Below, in pieces: positions 14,212 to 28,134 of a stretch of 64,000 nt of DNA. Position numbers and translations under genes: made by a program. The stretch's first letter is position 1; each line of letters starts with the position of its first letter. The notes under the pieces are model-generated. The model was not told the DNA's origin, made no database searches, and saw only the letters and a program-made list of their open reading frames with translations. This stretch comes from Aplysia californica. Lineage: Eukaryota. Where the stretch lies: contig NW_004797788.1 of assembly GCF_000002075.1 (NCBI RefSeq), forward strand, positions 118,718 through 182,717, given 5' to 3'.

Positions 14212-15261
14212 GTCAGTTGTCTTCTTCGCAGGAAATCAGAATGTTTCGACTGGACGGGGTTAAAAGGAATTGTCTCTGAGAGTATAACGAAGAAAATTCT
14301 GTGGTGTACTTGTACTGTGCTGGAGAGACGGTACGGCCAAAGAAATTTGTGTGGGCTTGGTGAATGCCTCCCTAAGCTCACCTAAAATAAGCAACCGGCC
14401 ATGCTGATAGACCTGTTTGGTTATTAACATGTGTTTCTGCAGTGATTTGCACTCGTGCAAGTTAGTCTGTTCTGTTCTTCTGGTAGGCCTACAGTTTGTC
14501 ACAGAGTGTTTAGTGTAGTCTCACCTGATGCGTTTCAGTGTCAGTTACTATTAAAGACGACCACGCCCCACTCCTTCCTTGCTGTCTTCATTTTGTGACA
14601 GCGTGCAGTGAATCATGTTGTAATGATTTCACCAGAAAATGTAGAATGTGGGTTTTGTTTCAGGGAATACTTAGAAATCAGTTGTATAAGATATTTTAAC
14701 TTCAATGATGTTTTTACAATCTCAGTAGGCCTATTATTTTGTTTAAGTGTCTTTAATTAGGAAGTTGTGCTTGCAAAAACAAACCAAACTTGGGAAGAGT
14801 GGGGCTTGCCTATTGTAAAAACTGCTCTCTTGAAAGGGAGTGAGTATTACCTTTACACCACTTCATGTGGACAAAGGGGCTTGAAATTTTCAGACGCATC
14901 ATATGCAATAGAATCAGGTGTAGTTATGATAGTTAAAAGTTAGATAAAAAGGTTAGCTTTGGGTTTGTTTGAACTCAAGGGAACAGAATCCAGTCGACTT
15001 TTGAGAGCTGAGGATTTTCCTTCTTTCTGCTATTGCATTCCATGTTTAGCCCAGTGTGAACCAAGTGTTTTACAAAGCCACACAAGAGGCCTGCCAACAG
15101 TTTTTGTGTGTGTAGTAGCTGGTCAAACTGATGGATTCATTGTTCCATGAAGTGTATGTTGCTCGTGTGCAATGCTCTCACACATGCTCTAAATGACCAT
15201 TACTGTGTCAATGTGCTTTCTCTCTACTGTAAAGACGCCGTACTGTTGATAAGTATAGCCT

Positions 15262-15434
15262 TTGTGGGTGGTTGGCGGGTGCTCTGGTGTAGTTTGCTCC
15301 TTCTTTCCTATCAACCATCTATCATCTGTATCTCCCCTCCTTCTTTTTTGTGTTTGTTACTCCTCTAATCTTAAGCACTTATATGAACTTATTGTGTTAC
15401 AAGTGCCGTAAAACACTTAGTAAAACTGAAACTA
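15262..15434 (+). mobile_element. Family A copy, full length
   Basis: ggtggttggcgggtgctctggtgt...aagtgccgtaaaacacttagtaaaactgaaacta; 11-bp TSD aagtatagcct at 15251-15261 and 15435-15445. Confidence 0.88.
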
Positions 15435-15533
15435 AAGTATAGCCTGTTAGCTCATGTGCTTTAATCCTGTAGTGTGAATTTATAGTACAATGTTTACCGA
15501 CAGTTGAAGTAACGTTTTCGTCTCTGTGCACAG

Positions 15534-15660
15534 CGTCTGATCAACCACCTGAGAGCCAACGCCCACAGCTGCATCTATTCGACTGCCATGTCACCGCCTG
15601 TTGTGCAGCAAATCATCAGCTCTATGAGTACCATCATGGGTAAAGATGGCACGCAGGAAG
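15534..15660 (+). CDS. SPTLC2: SPTLC2 exon
   Basis: RLINHLRANAHSCIYSTAMSPPVVQQIISSMSTIMGKDGTQEG; cag|CGT and G|gtgagt. Confidence 0.94.
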
Positions 15661-15924
15661 GTGAGTGCTTGCACTGCAGCAGTGGCTGTCCTTGGTTTCA
15701 CCTTCAGTAACCTGCTGTTTTATTCTTGGTGTAGTTGGTGGCCCTGAATCTCACCCTACGTTGTTAGTGGGTGGTCACAGATGCTGAGGGTGATCATTGA
15801 TTGTAAATTAATCTTCTGAAGCGAACAAGGAACACTCTCTCCCTCTTGCGTACCAACACAGATGAAAGCAAAGCATTAAAACACACACACACGCATGCAC
15901 GCACACACACACACACGCACACGC

Positions 15925-17295
15925 AGTGGATGGTTGGCAGGTGCCTTGGTGTGGTTTGCTTCTTCTTTCGCATCAAACGTCTATCGTCTTTATCTCCTGT
16001 CCTTCTTTTTTGTGTTTGTTACTCTCTTGTAAACAGCTCTAAATTTTCGGCACTTATACGACCTTATTGTGTAGCAATGCCAATGAAAATTTAAATTTTC
16101 ACTTTTGTCCCCTTTTTTTTTGGTACCTAAGAAAGAATTTTCAATTCTAAGAATTATGCTTCTTGAATTTTGAGAATCGGTTCATAAATAAAAAGTTATG
16201 GGGTTGTAAAGGTCGGCAAAATATGGATGACCCACATATAGGAAAATACTCCAAAAAAGTGGACCACGCAGAAGCAGATTCTGTAAGAAAATCGAAGATA
16301 TCTCGGTAACTAATCGGAGTGTTCGAGAGAAACTTGGCTACCCGATGTGTTTTTGAGTGTAGAAATCATTTCTGCTGTCAGATTTACTACCACCAATTTC
16401 GTAGTTATTTTGTTACAATTAAAATTGTGGTGTACATATTACGATTTTGCGAAAAAGGGGTGTCGGGATGAGTCCATTTTATTTATAGCATCGTATCACA
16501 ACATGGGATCTTTGAGAATATATGTCGGCAGCGTGACTAAATAATTGCAAAGCTTTTTATGATGACTTTAGACCATGCCAACCTTAAAAGATAAGTTAAT
16601 TCAATCTAGCATGCCGTACAATTAAAAATTATTTTTCCCCGTTGAAAAGCGAACACCCCGAGACAAGATAACCTTGCCTCGGAATACCCCCATCGCGATG
16701 TTACAGGGGAATAGAGAGAAAAACAACCGGATGCGCGCGCCCGCCATTGCCCTATTTCAAGTGACCAATGAACGGGCCCGAAATAGTCATGCGGGGATTT
16801 GTAGGTCACATACATTTGCCACGAGAGTGAGGGGAAAATGGCCGGTCTTCGTGCGAAGCCGCTTTGGATAGAGGGGTAGTCGTGCATTTATGATCGGGTC
16901 TAAACAACTACTTGACACAGAACGTTCAAATTTGAGCACACTGTAGAGGATAGATAGATCTATTACCATCTCGGCGTTGAAATTCAAACTCCTTATAGTT
17001 TTCGGTGTACACGATACGAAAGTGTTCCCGACACCAAAAGTATAGGTTAATTTATGTGTACAAACTTCAACGTCCACATATCATTAGTTTGCCCTATTTT
17101 CTGATTGGTTGCCGAGTTTCATTCGGATTGGTTCGGAAATAGAGCAGACCGAGGTTGACAAAGTTAGTCACCTACGCTTCGGCCGGGTCCGCAAAATCGC
17201 CCGTAAACGGGGACCAAATTTTCGCCTCGCGGGAAAGCCCGATTGGCATTGCTATATTGTGTTGCAAGTGCCATAAAACACTTACTAAAACTTTT
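15925..17295 (+). mobile_element. Family A copy split by a 1.18-kb TIR element
   Basis: 5' part 15925-16071 and 3' part 17255-17295 rejoin as gaccttattgtgttgcaagtgcc; (CA)n on both sides. Confidence 0.85.
16072..17254. mobile_element. Non-autonomous TIR DNA transposon with 7-bp TSD
   Basis: Perfect 13-bp TIR TAGCAATGCCAAT/ATTGGCATTGCTA; TSD tattgtg at 16065-16071 and 17255-17261; no transposase ORF. Confidence 0.88.
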
Positions 17296-17401
17296 TTAAA
17301 CACACACACTCACACAACACAGCTGTTAGTTTCGGTACTGAAGACATGTCTTCAAAATTTTCACACATAGCTATGGAGATTTGGTTTTTTTGTTGTTCCA
17401 G

Positions 17402-17537
17402 GCATGAAAAGGATCAGGCAGCTGGCATGGAATGCGCGTTACTTCCGGAAACGTCTGCATGAAAGGGGCTACATCCTATATGGCAACAAAGACTCCCCGG
17501 TGGTTCCTTTACTTCTCTATATGCCTTCTAAAGTCGC
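17402..17537 (+). CDS. SPTLC2: SPTLC2 exon
   Basis: [45 protein letters not shown]; cag|GC and GC|gtaagt. Confidence 0.95.
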
Positions 17538-17958
17538 GTAAGTTTTCAGCATTGCCTCATCATTTTGATAGTTCTTTTACTTAATGTATGCCTTCTAAAG
17601 CCACATTGACCATCATACAGGGGTTAACCTTTTCTAAAAGCATTTTCAGCAAAAAGTGAATTTTTCATTATCATTGCTAAAAATTCTATTAAAATGTTTG
17701 CTGTACCATTTGCATAGCTTCAGCCAAATATAACAAGACACCACTTGCATGTCCTTACTGCAAGTGCCTTAAACTTTTTTTACCAAACAAAAACAGCTTC
17801 TGCCTTTTTGTCTTTGTCTTGCTTGTTTTCCTGACAATAATGGTGGGTTTTCTGGAACAGGCCTGCTTTTTATTCAACTCTAAACTTGAATTTATAGCAG
17901 AAGTTTTCCTATCTGTGAGCGGTCTAGTGTGTTTATAATTTCTGTATTTATATTTCAG

Positions 17959-18088
17959 TATGTTCAGCCGAGAGACCCTTCGTCGCGGCATGGCCACAGT
18001 TGTGGTAGGCTTTCCAGCTACGCCCCTCATTGAGACAAGAGCCAGATTCTGTTTGTCTGCAGCTCACACGAAGGAAATGCTGGACGAA
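17959..18088 (+). CDS. SPTLC2: SPTLC2 exon ([15 protein letters not shown])
   Basis: [43 protein letters not shown]; cag|T and GAA|gtgaga. Confidence 0.95.
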
Positions 18089-18773
18089 GTGAGAAGCATG
18101 TTTATTTAGCACATCATCTACCGCGCGTGTGTGTGTGTGTGTGTGGGGGGGGGGGATTGGGGATTGGATACTTTACTACCTTAGAAAATGTCTATCTGAC
18201 ATTTCTGGCTGTTTTAAGTAACTAAGACCATGAGATCAGAAACCATATGTTCTATCTGCTCCGTCAAAATCGTAAGATTATTCAAAGATTATTCAGAGTC
18301 GTTGTCAAGGTATTCAAAGAATTGCATTTAAAAAAGCTTGACATGTTGTGAAACTCAAAATTTTAATGTCAAAATTCTCAAAACTAGGTAGTGAGCAGAT
18401 AGAACTGTGTAATTCTAGGGTAGCGACTTGTAAATAACTTACTGTCCCACCAGCACAAAGTGCAGATTCTCCCCACTAATGAAATGTCCTTCAAAAACTT
18501 CTGCTTTGAGATATGCATGTGTCGACATATACCTTGAATACCATCCTTATCCGTGTCCGCCTCTCTTATAAAAAACATTATTACTTTGATATACTGGGAA
18601 AGTGATTTCACTCTTTAGAAACCCATCATATAAGAATTGTAAACCGGGGAATTTGTAGCATACTCAATTGTTTTCAAGTGTAGAAACATGGTGTATAATG
18701 TGTTATTCCTTACAAGAGAGTAAACTTGCAGTTTGCAGTGAATTTTTGAACAAGTCGATTACTTGTTTCACAG

Positions 18774-18938
18774 GCCATACAGATCATTGATGATGTGGGA
18801 GATTTGCTTCGACTGAGGTATTCCAGCCTTCCAGCACCAGATTTTTCAGAGGATGATATTGAACTTATCCAGGTATATAGTGATAAGAAGAAAATGACTT
18901 CGCATCTGTTTACATTCCATGAAATGTACTTAAACTAG
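18774..18938 (+). CDS. SPTLC2: SPTLC2 C-terminal coding exon (ends at donor 18872, or reads through to TAG 18936-18938)
   Basis: AIQIIDDVGDLLRLRYSSLPAPDFSEDDIELIQ, then either CAG|gtatat splice or VYSDKKKMTSHLFTFHEMYLN*. Confidence 0.88.
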   Translation, partial: AIQIIDDVGDLLRLRYSSLPAPDFSEDDIELIQVYSDKKKMTSHLFTFHEMYLN

Positions 18939-19291
18939 CAAGAAACATTACAGAAATCAGATATGGTACATTGGCATGAGACAAACTCTTTGCCCTGTTC
19001 ATATATTTTTTAAAAACATGTTTGCTGCAAAAATAGTCCGATGGTTATTGTGTGGCTTATATACTGAAGTAGTTTATAGAAGAAGATGAGAATTCGTATT
19101 TGGTCCCCAAACTGGACTTTGTTTTGTTTGGTTGGCAAGGTATGATACATCAGTTCTTAATGTGGGTTTCTCCCACCTTGTTTGTAATGTGGCCATAAGT
19201 ATGCGTGTGTATATATTTATGTATCATGCGACATGTTGCAAACTGTCTTTCATTTTAATCAATTGAAAATCTTTATTTTTTTCCCTTCCAG

Positions 19292-19294
19292 TAA
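19292..19294 (+). CDS. SPTLC2: Possible SPTLC2 terminal exon whose first codon is the TAA stop, followed by 3'UTR
   Basis: Strong acceptor ctttatttttttcccttccag|TAA, in phase 0 with the donor after 18872. Confidence 0.55.
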   Translation, partial: 

Positions 19295-19984
19295 CATCTA
19301 CCTGTGCACAGACTTAAATTATTGTCGACTACAACAGCTGTTTCGGACAAGAACATCTCAATTGATTGATCATGACTGACAACTAAAGACCTGTGATATC
19401 CAGTCAGTGCTCGCTAATTGTGATATTTATTAGCTGTAAGGACAGGTTCTCTAGTATGTAGAAGTATGACGAAATACTACCAAAAAGTTTTGCTTTTCAA
19501 GTTCAGCTAAGAAGTTTCTGTTTGAGCCACCAGCCTGAGAGTCCAGTAGATTTATGTGATTAACTTTCATTTTGCTTGTATTGCTTTACCTGCCTTATGT
19601 CATGCCTAATGATTGTATTTGTTGGCAGATGTCAAGTCTTTGGTTCTCTTTACTTGTTAATGCTTCCTTTTTAGCAAAAAAACGTATATAGATTATATAA
19701 AGTCATATAAAGTAAAATGAGTCTGTCCTTTGCCTCGCAGAGCAGGTGCTCTCAAATATTTTTTGATCGCCCATGAGATTCTATAATTAATACTGTTTTA
19801 CTTTCTGAGGAGGAACATCTCAAAGACTGTAAGACGGATCTTACTTGAATTTTTTTTCCAGCTGAATTCACATCTTCATGGAGTTTGCCATATGTCTATA
19901 CCGGTATTATGGTTTTGCTGTATGATTATGCACAGATGAGTTCTTTTAACTGCTTTCCTGATTTCTAGAGATGTTTGTAGTATA

Positions 19985-20937
19985 CAGTAAAACCCTGATA
20001 AAACGAACTTCACGAGACCTGAGAATTTGTTTGTGTTTAGCAAAGTGCGAATGAAAAGAACCTGTAAAATGGGAAGGCTGTTCCTTTCTGTACATTGCAA
20101 CCAAAACTGACAAGATCACATGCTGGGCTGTGTGGAACCTATTTTTTTGTCATTAATAGCACATGCAGAGCTGCTAACTTTTGGAGATTGAGAAAGGGGC
20201 GTCCATATTTTCAACCTTAGATGGATGCCTTGACTGCACAGAATGAGATTCAAGGGAAGTTGTAGCTATTTCCTTGATGGTTTTCATGCTAATACTCAGT
20301 TCAAGTTGAAGATCAAATTTTTTTTCTTCTTTTTAATGTAATTAATAAATAATAGTTCCTGGTAGCACATTATCAAGATATCTGAAAACTGAAAAATTGG
20401 ATGTTTCCATTAATTCTTTGATTCCAGGATGCCACTTCAGCAGCATATTTGGCTCCGCGTTTTAGTGGATCTCCACCTAAGTGGCATTTTTGGGGGGCAC
20501 TTATTTCATCAACCCCAAGATCTACCCCTACTCCTGTGCTACATTTACTAGCTATTTTCACCTGCACTGTGAGTCTCTGTCTAATTACGTAGAGTTTGAG
20601 TTCACACTCAAACATATCCGTCGATATTTGACTGAATTATACCCATTTTAAGGTAACACCCTGGGCTGCCTCTAATGAGGTGTGTGACATTTTTGGAATT
20701 AGGGATGGTTGACAGTTACACATAGTGTCTCATCTCAAGGTTTTTTTTCCCACGCATTTCCTGTAAACAGCAGGTGGTGAGAGAGTAGTGTTAATCAGCT
20801 GGAATTTCTTATTGTTTTAAGAGAAGTTGCAATGCATAGAATAAAGAAGGGGAAAGAACGGGGTTATAAAATTTACACATTTTTCGCATTAACAGGAATT
20901 TGGTGTCAAACAGGTTCGTGTTAAACAAAATCTACTG
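19985..20937. mobile_element. Tc1/mariner-pogo (Tigger-like) MITE
   Basis: TA-CAGTAAAA...AAACGAAC start and GTTCGTGTT...TACTG-TA end; imperfect TIRs, TA TSD. Confidence 0.6.
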
Positions 20938-23900
20938 TATATTAAAGGCATGCTCTGAGTCTAGATTTGGTTTGATAAATTGGAATCGGTGTGTTTACAT
21001 ACTACTAATTCTTATGGAGTTGGGTTTTTAAAAACAAATTGACCCGTTCCAAAGCAAAGATAGCTTGCTACAAAGTAGGTCCTGGCTGCTATTGGCTTAA
21101 AGTGAAACTTGTACTTATCTGATGTGGATGGTGGAATCTGGAATATTTGGTACACTTGCCCTTTTTCCAAAGGCGTCGGTGGAATGAAGCTAAGAGAAGT
21201 GGGATTTTTACCAGGTTGTTTTGTGGTTAAAGACTTAAGAAACATCTGTTAGATTTCAACTCAGTCGGACTTTGTAGTAAGTGACATTTGCGAGGAATGA
21301 GATATTTATTGTAGTGGTGATCAGCCTCTTAAAAAACATTTATCATTGAAATGCAGCTTGTCAGTTTTATGTATGCACCTCGGGAATGTATTGATAATCG
21401 CTATGGAAGGTATGGACAAAAGTATACCTTAATTGTGCTAGAAATGAAAATGTACATTTTAACTTTTATTTGTATTGTTTATATTCTATTGTGCTTCAGT
21501 CTTCATGAGAACCCCTTTCATTTCCATTGTATAAGTTTTTTTGTTTTTTAGAAATATATCTATACTTGTTTGTTAAGGGTCATAGTTGTCTATCAAACTA
21601 TGAAAGGTTTGCGGGTCATTATCTTTCTCCCCTCTGAAGTGCCAGTGTCACGTTCAATTGGCATGTCGTTCCCCCTCGCTCACCTTGACATACAAGAACA
21701 TTTTGTTCTAGTTCTTTATAGCTTCCTTCTTATTTCTATTAGGAGGATGATCTGTTTATATATTTTACAGCATATCAGGAAGAATCAAAAGGCTGTCCTG
21801 TTGTGGAGAAAAAAAATTCCCTCAAAACAGGAAAAGCCTTGCTGTATTGCTCATTTACTGCCCCCTCATCTTGGCTAGCTTTGAAATCCCCACTCTTTTT
21901 ATCGTTTTCCTTAGACAAACTTTGAATGGAAGTGATTTGTTTTCACCTCCGAGTCCCTATCACACACACACACTTATGGGTCAAGAAACATCATGTTGAC
22001 AAGTTTAAAATGAACAAAGCAGTCGTGTTAATGTTGTTGTGAAATATTTCATTCAATGTCCTTTGTCCTTCAGCTTGTTTGTGGTGAAATGAGAGCTCAA
22101 TATTCAAGGCACGGGGACACTGTTAGTGTCAAATACAAGATGCTTTATTGCTTGTTTGCTCAGATTGGTTTCTTGATTTCTTTATTAAAATTGTGAAGTT
22201 AATGGAATTCCAATCTGTGTTATCATTTTGAGCACATGATCACTTGTTAAATTCTGGAGTGTTACGATTTCCATTTTTGAATGCTTTTCTTTTTTAATCT
22301 TGGGAGGGGTGGAGAATTACTTTGGATGGATGTTTACTTATTTCATGGAGAGGAAAAATGTTCAAGGAAAGATTATTATTCACTTTAATCTTTCTCCTAT
22401 ATTTTAGACATTGGTTTGTGAGATATAATCGATGTTGAATAAAGAAAAAAAATGCAGCTCACACTGGTACCCTGTTTTTGCTTGTTTAGGCACTAAAGTT
22501 CCATTACAACAATGTCGGAATAAGAATAGAAAGCAGCCAAGAAGCCCCTGGGAAATGAGGTTTTTCAAAGAATAAGTCGCTTTGTCGTTTGGATAGCTTC
22601 TTTGAAGACGAGCAGCTGTGTTACTCTCTTTTAGATCTTGGTGCACTTAAGAATAAATGAATATGTTTATTATTGAATGTTGTCTTGAATCAGAAATGTA
22701 AAATAACTTATTGGACTACTGGTATGAGATATTTATTCTTGAATGGATTTATGCTGAATTATTAAAATGATATGCTTTGTGTTCCATTTTTCACTCCTGC
22801 CTGTCCTTTGCCAATCCTTTTTTTTTCCCAGCCTTTTTTTGTGTGTTTATCTTTATTCTATTGATTTCAGATAAGTAATTGTATTGCTTTCTTCAGCAGA
22901 ATTTAGGCGCATTATCTTCTATTAATTTCATAGTTGAAGGAGAAACTGTTTGGGAAAGACCTAGGCTTTGTTCTGGCCGCTGTTAGCCTGCAGGTAGAGG
23001 CTATGTCTTGTGTGTTTGCTTCTGTGGAATGATTCTTGACTGTCACACTCAGGGTCAGAGAACACTGACCTTCATGTACAAGGTCAGAGGTTGTTGACCT
23101 TGACACACATGTCAGAGGACATGACTTGCACAAGAGCACTTGTTTGTCTTTTGTGGATTTTTTTTTTTTGGGGGGGGGGGGGGGGGGTTTGGTTCCACTT
23201 TTTTTTGCTTTTTATGATGGAAGAGTTGTATGGGTTTTTTTGGGGGTGGGTGGGGGTGGTTTGTGTGCTTGTTTTAGCGAGTGTACATTTGTTCTGGTGG
23301 GGGAGAGTTTCTAACATAATTTGTTTTATTTTCATTTCCTTAAGAATTCTTTGATTTAGAAATAATATACTAATCTTTTTTCCCTAACTTGAAGTCTTGT
23401 GGGTCTCAGTTCTGTGTTCACTCTTCCATCAACACACCCACCCTTTGAGAAATGCCAATTGGTGCCTTTTTGTGTAATTTGTTAAATTTTGTTCTTGTCT
23501 ATTGATGCCGAAAGTCTGTGGAGGTATTAATAGTGGCTAGTTGACATTGTATGGTCTTTTCTGCATGATGCATCTTTGAGGCTTGACTTGCCTTTGCTGA
23601 TACACAGTTTCTCCTTCTGTTAGTACGTACCAAAAAACATATATCTAACAGTTTTCTGCTTACATATTGTATCTTATAGTATGTGCCACATTCTTAAGAT
23701 ATTGTGGTTTTGCTCATGAGGAAATTTTGTTTTACCTTTTTTTTCCCTCTATAACAAATATAAGCTTGAGTGGTTGAGAAACTGGATATATTTTATGCCA
23801 TTTCCTCCACAATTCTCAACAATTGCTTAAATTTTAAAGTAACTTTAACAAGTGAAGAGTAATGATAGCAATATCTCAGTCTCCAGACTTTTGAAAATGA

Positions 23901-25056
23901 TCCCATCATATTTTATTCCTCACTCACCCAAGTTGTGCATCCTCCTTCTCCTTTCCATTCCTTTGTAAAGCTGATTTTTATTTTAATAATTATTGCTTCA
24001 AACTGAAGTACAAAATTAAGTGAAGAAACCTGCTTGGTAGACTAAAAGATTGAGTTTAATCTGTTTTGGTATGCTGTGAAACACAAAACAAGAGATGTTC
24101 AAATTGAAATCACTTACACCGGTTACGTTTACTTGCTTCTATAATCTAATTTTTATTAACAGTAACTTGTGATATAGTTTGACAGCTGTTTTTATAATCT
24201 GACTTGCCAGTAATACTATTACTAATAGCTCACTTTTATTTTTTTATATTAAGTTTTTAAATATTTTTGGTAAGCACTTATGTCGCTTGTTAGGTTTTGA
24301 ACAGATTGACAATTTGTCAAGCAATATTGTATGTGATACGGTATTCATTTCCTTCAGCAGATAAGTTTCGTTTCTTATCCAGATTTTGTTCTTTCTTCCT
24401 TCAAACATAATAAAGGCAACTTTATAGGCATTGATTTAGAGGTTTGTCTCTTTGTATTGGCTATCATTGCATTGTTTATATAATAAACCAATCAATACTG
24501 ATTGAAGTGGCTTTCAGTCCCTTGTGTGTCCTAATTTTATTCCTATATTTATCCCTTTCTTTGGGTCAAAATCTGAAAAAGGTTTTTACAGCCACCAGGT
24601 CGGCTTCCCAAACAGCTACAAAAAATTTGATTATTTTGTGAATAGAAAATCAAACTAAAAGGATTAAGATTATGTTCTGTGAGCTTAGCTTATGACTGAG
24701 TAAATTGTCATTAGTCTTGCCAGTTTTACGGGGGAGGGGTTCTCCATAAAATGTAGGCTATGGTATAAAGGATGAGTTTCGAGTAGTTTTGTATTTGGTC
24801 TTGGAGGTTGAAAAGGCCCAAAAAGTGTTGACCATGGACAAACTGATCAGTTACCTCACCTGCTCTTCTTCATTTGTTGGAAGGAATACACAAACTGGGA
24901 GGTCCTTCTCCTTTTCTCTCCCCCAGTTGTTTAGGTCTGTCTTTTTCTTTCCCTGCTCTTAGATTTTAGTCATTATTACTGTATCCTTGAGCTTCTATTC
25001 TATCTAATTAAACAAGCAAGTTCTTATATGCAGTATAGATATAAACATTTCATTTA

Positions 25057-25231
25057 CAGTCGAACACAGATGACGTGAATACGGAGAACTTGAAATCGGG
25101 GATAGCTCGTAAATTTGCCTTTCTTCGACCGATATCTTTGTAATGTTTGGCTTATCAGGTTACCCAAATTATGGATGTGTCGCAACTAATTTGTCGATCC
25201 CCAACTTGTTGGAGTTATCTGAACCCGACTG
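25057..25231. mobile_element. Short pogo/Tigger-like MITE
   Basis: TA-CAGTCGAACACAGAT start and ATCTGAACCCGACTG-TA end. Confidence 0.65.
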
Positions 25232-26409
25232 TAAATAGGAAGTGGACAACTCAGTAGTGCCCGTCTTCACAATACATGTATATTTTTAGTAGAACACCTC
25301 AGGGCTACATTCAATCCATCAAGTCTCTACTTTAGTTCTTGCACCAATTTTAACCCATCCTATCACCTGTGGCGTGGCGGTGTTGAAAGTTCTTTATTTG
25401 GTGTGTGCACTGTTGTCTAAAGGTACGATGTGTCACACTGTGCTCATTTTTTTATTTGAACCAGCAACATTTTGGCTTGCTGAAAGACTTGCATGCATAT
25501 TGAAAAGAAATGCAATGGAAGGGAACATGCGTAAGTAATTTGCTCTCAGTATTGGAATCTTAAAGTGACATTGGTCCAATAATTATTTCTTCAAATTAGT
25601 GGTCTATTATGAAAACTAGTTCATGTGAGCTGTCCATTCAGTAGCTTGACTATAATTACTTTTAAATGGACAATAATTCAAGGCTGGACTGGTCTGAGTT
25701 GTTAGTTGGTTTCTTTTTTTTTGGGGGGGGGGGAGGAGTTTGTGGCTCCAAATGCTAGATTAACACTTAACAAATTCTATGCACTGCAATATTGACAGGC
25801 AAAGTTTGATTGCAAAGGCATGCCTGCCTGTTGTTTAAAGGAGGGGAACTGCACCTGAAGATCGCTGTTCAGGGTCAAATATAACATTTTTCTTCATTAT
25901 AAATTGTTTCGGTTAATTTAGCCTTTCTGCAGATGGAGGGTGCCAGTGGAAGATCTTACATGTACTACTACATGTACTACTACTACATGTACATGTACTA
26001 CTACTACATGTACTTTTTAACCCTCTGTTGTTTCTGTCTGTCCCACTTGCTTTTTCCCAGCACCCATTGACCTTTATTGAGTGTGGATGTGCTTCTCTTT
26101 CTCAAACAAACACGTTTTTCTGTTCATCAACACTTGTTAAAATCTGCACATCAAAAGGACATTTCATACACCAAAAATCAAGACATTTTGCCCTTTCTTG
26201 TAAATCGATTCATCCCCATGAATGAAGCTCTACCATCTAGAACTCTGTAAAAAAAAAAAAATGTACTAGAAAGAGCAGACAAGCAAAGCCAGCTAAGTTA
26301 TTTGTTCCTGGAATCTGAATCAGCAGGCTGTGTGACGCAGTTGAGGTATTTAGAATAGTTATGACTAGCTTTCTTTTTAACAGTTTTACATTATCTCACA
26401 AATTAGCTA

Positions 26410-27060
26410 GAGGGTAGTTGGTGAGTGCTCTGGTGTGGTTTGCTCTTTCTTTCTTATCAAACTTGAACATCTATTGCCCTGATCTTTCCTCCTTTAATTT
26501 TTTGTGTTTTTTACTGTCTGTAGTAAGACTTCTTAACTTCATCACTTAAACTTTTATATATATATAAGGTATATGTGAGTCAGCGTGGTGAAATCAGGCG
26601 CTATTCAAAATAATGGAATTGAAGAAACAGGCACTTTTCCACCAGTTTGGAAACTTATAGAATTTTCGTTTTTTGGTTCAATACCTTTCGTGTCCACATA
26701 AAAACACATTTCTATGCGAATTTCACAGAAAAACGTTGATTAAAGGCACAAAATGTAATTTATCATTTTCAAGGACTCTCAAGCTATTTTAGTAACCAAA
26801 CTTTGGCGGCCATTTTCTCGCTTATTTTACCTCTGAAACAGGGCAACCCCTCCTCCTTTAATCACAAATATCTCGACCACTATTCAAGATAGATGACTAT
26901 TTTTTTCACCAAATATTACAAGACAAATGAACAGGTTTTGAGATGAAACCAATACCCTTATATGCCAAAAAATCAATGAGTGCCTGATTCCACTGTGTCC
27001 TGACACATATGACCTTATTATGTTGCAAGTGCCGTGAAACTCTTTCTAATACTACTAACA
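26410..27060 (+). mobile_element. Family A copy split by a ~440-bp insertion
   Basis: 5' part 26410-26560 and 3' part ~27005-27060; TSD acaaattagct at 26398-26408 and 27061-27071. Confidence 0.82.
26571..27010. mobile_element. MITE with imperfect TIRs inside family A copy
   Basis: atatgtgagtcagcgtggtgaaatcaggcgct resembles reverse complement of the end, atatgtgtcaggacacagtggaatcaggcact. Confidence 0.6.
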
Positions 27061-27689
27061 ACAAATTAGCTCGGGGTAGATTTAAGGGGGAATCGGACTC
27101 GTGGAGTGGTATTTTCAATAGACACCAAGACTGTCTGGAAAATCCCCCCCCCCCCACCTCTTTCAGAAGGTAGGCAAAACAAAGAACGGGAAAAAGGGAC
27201 AAAGATTCAGCATTTCCTTGAAAATAATTAGTCTTGTGAGCGAAAAGGTCATAAACAAAACAAGATTCCACAAGAAAGTGTAATCGTAAGTGAAAATAAA
27301 CTTTGGAAAGAGGGGGCACAGAGTTCCCCACATCATATTGATATAATAGTAAAACACGACGTACGGATAGGGTTGAATTATATATGGTTAGTTAAACTTT
27401 CTTATTTATGGCTTCACTTGTGAACTTTGAACGCTATTCTGAGAATTTTCCACAATCAGAACAGTGTCAATGTCGGGATGATGTGTTCATACCAGTATGG
27501 GTAATTTATTTCCCCATTAGACGCAATTTAGATCATTAAGGAGATGGGCTTTCAACCCTACCTGTCAGGGCCAATCCGGGCTGAGAGGACACAACATCCC
27601 GACAAAAAGGCCAAAATATATGATAAACCATTGATCAGAGCACGCCAACCACCCCTCTTGAGTAATTACTTCCCGATCCCTATTTTACT

Positions 27690-28112
27690 CACAATGAGTA
27701 CCCTGGATAAGATCCTGACCGACAGCCAAATCAGACGCTTACAGTGGATCTTCAGCCCAAGACATGCAAGAATCAAGGGTAACGAAAGAGCAGATAAGCT
27801 AGCAGGCTCCGCAAACATAGAGGGAGTGATTACCCTTGATGCTCCAACTGTAATAGCCTTTGTCCAAGAACGCTTAGCCAGCAGCTGTAAAGGGAACTCC
27901 TTCACGAAGGAGAATGTGATTGAGAAAGGAGTGCTTCAGCCTGGTGAAGGAAGGAGGAGCAACCTGTGTGACCCCATCAGATGCTACAACAACCTGTTGA
28001 TGATGGAGACAATCAGCCTGCCCACACTGAAAATGGGCCCTTATGAAGAGGGGAGAGGAAGCATGGAGCACCCCGTCTTCCTAGGGCCCCAGTTCTACAT
28101 TCAAGTATTCAA
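27690..28112 (+). mobile_element. Degenerate 3' fragment of an RNase H-encoding non-LTR retrotransposon
   Basis: LQWIFSPRHARIKGNERADKLA matches the RNase HI C-terminal W..GH.GI.GNE.AD.LA motif; isolated, no RT; attcaag repeat at the end. Confidence 0.75.
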
Positions 28113-28134
28113 GACCCATACCTTCGCTTTTAAA

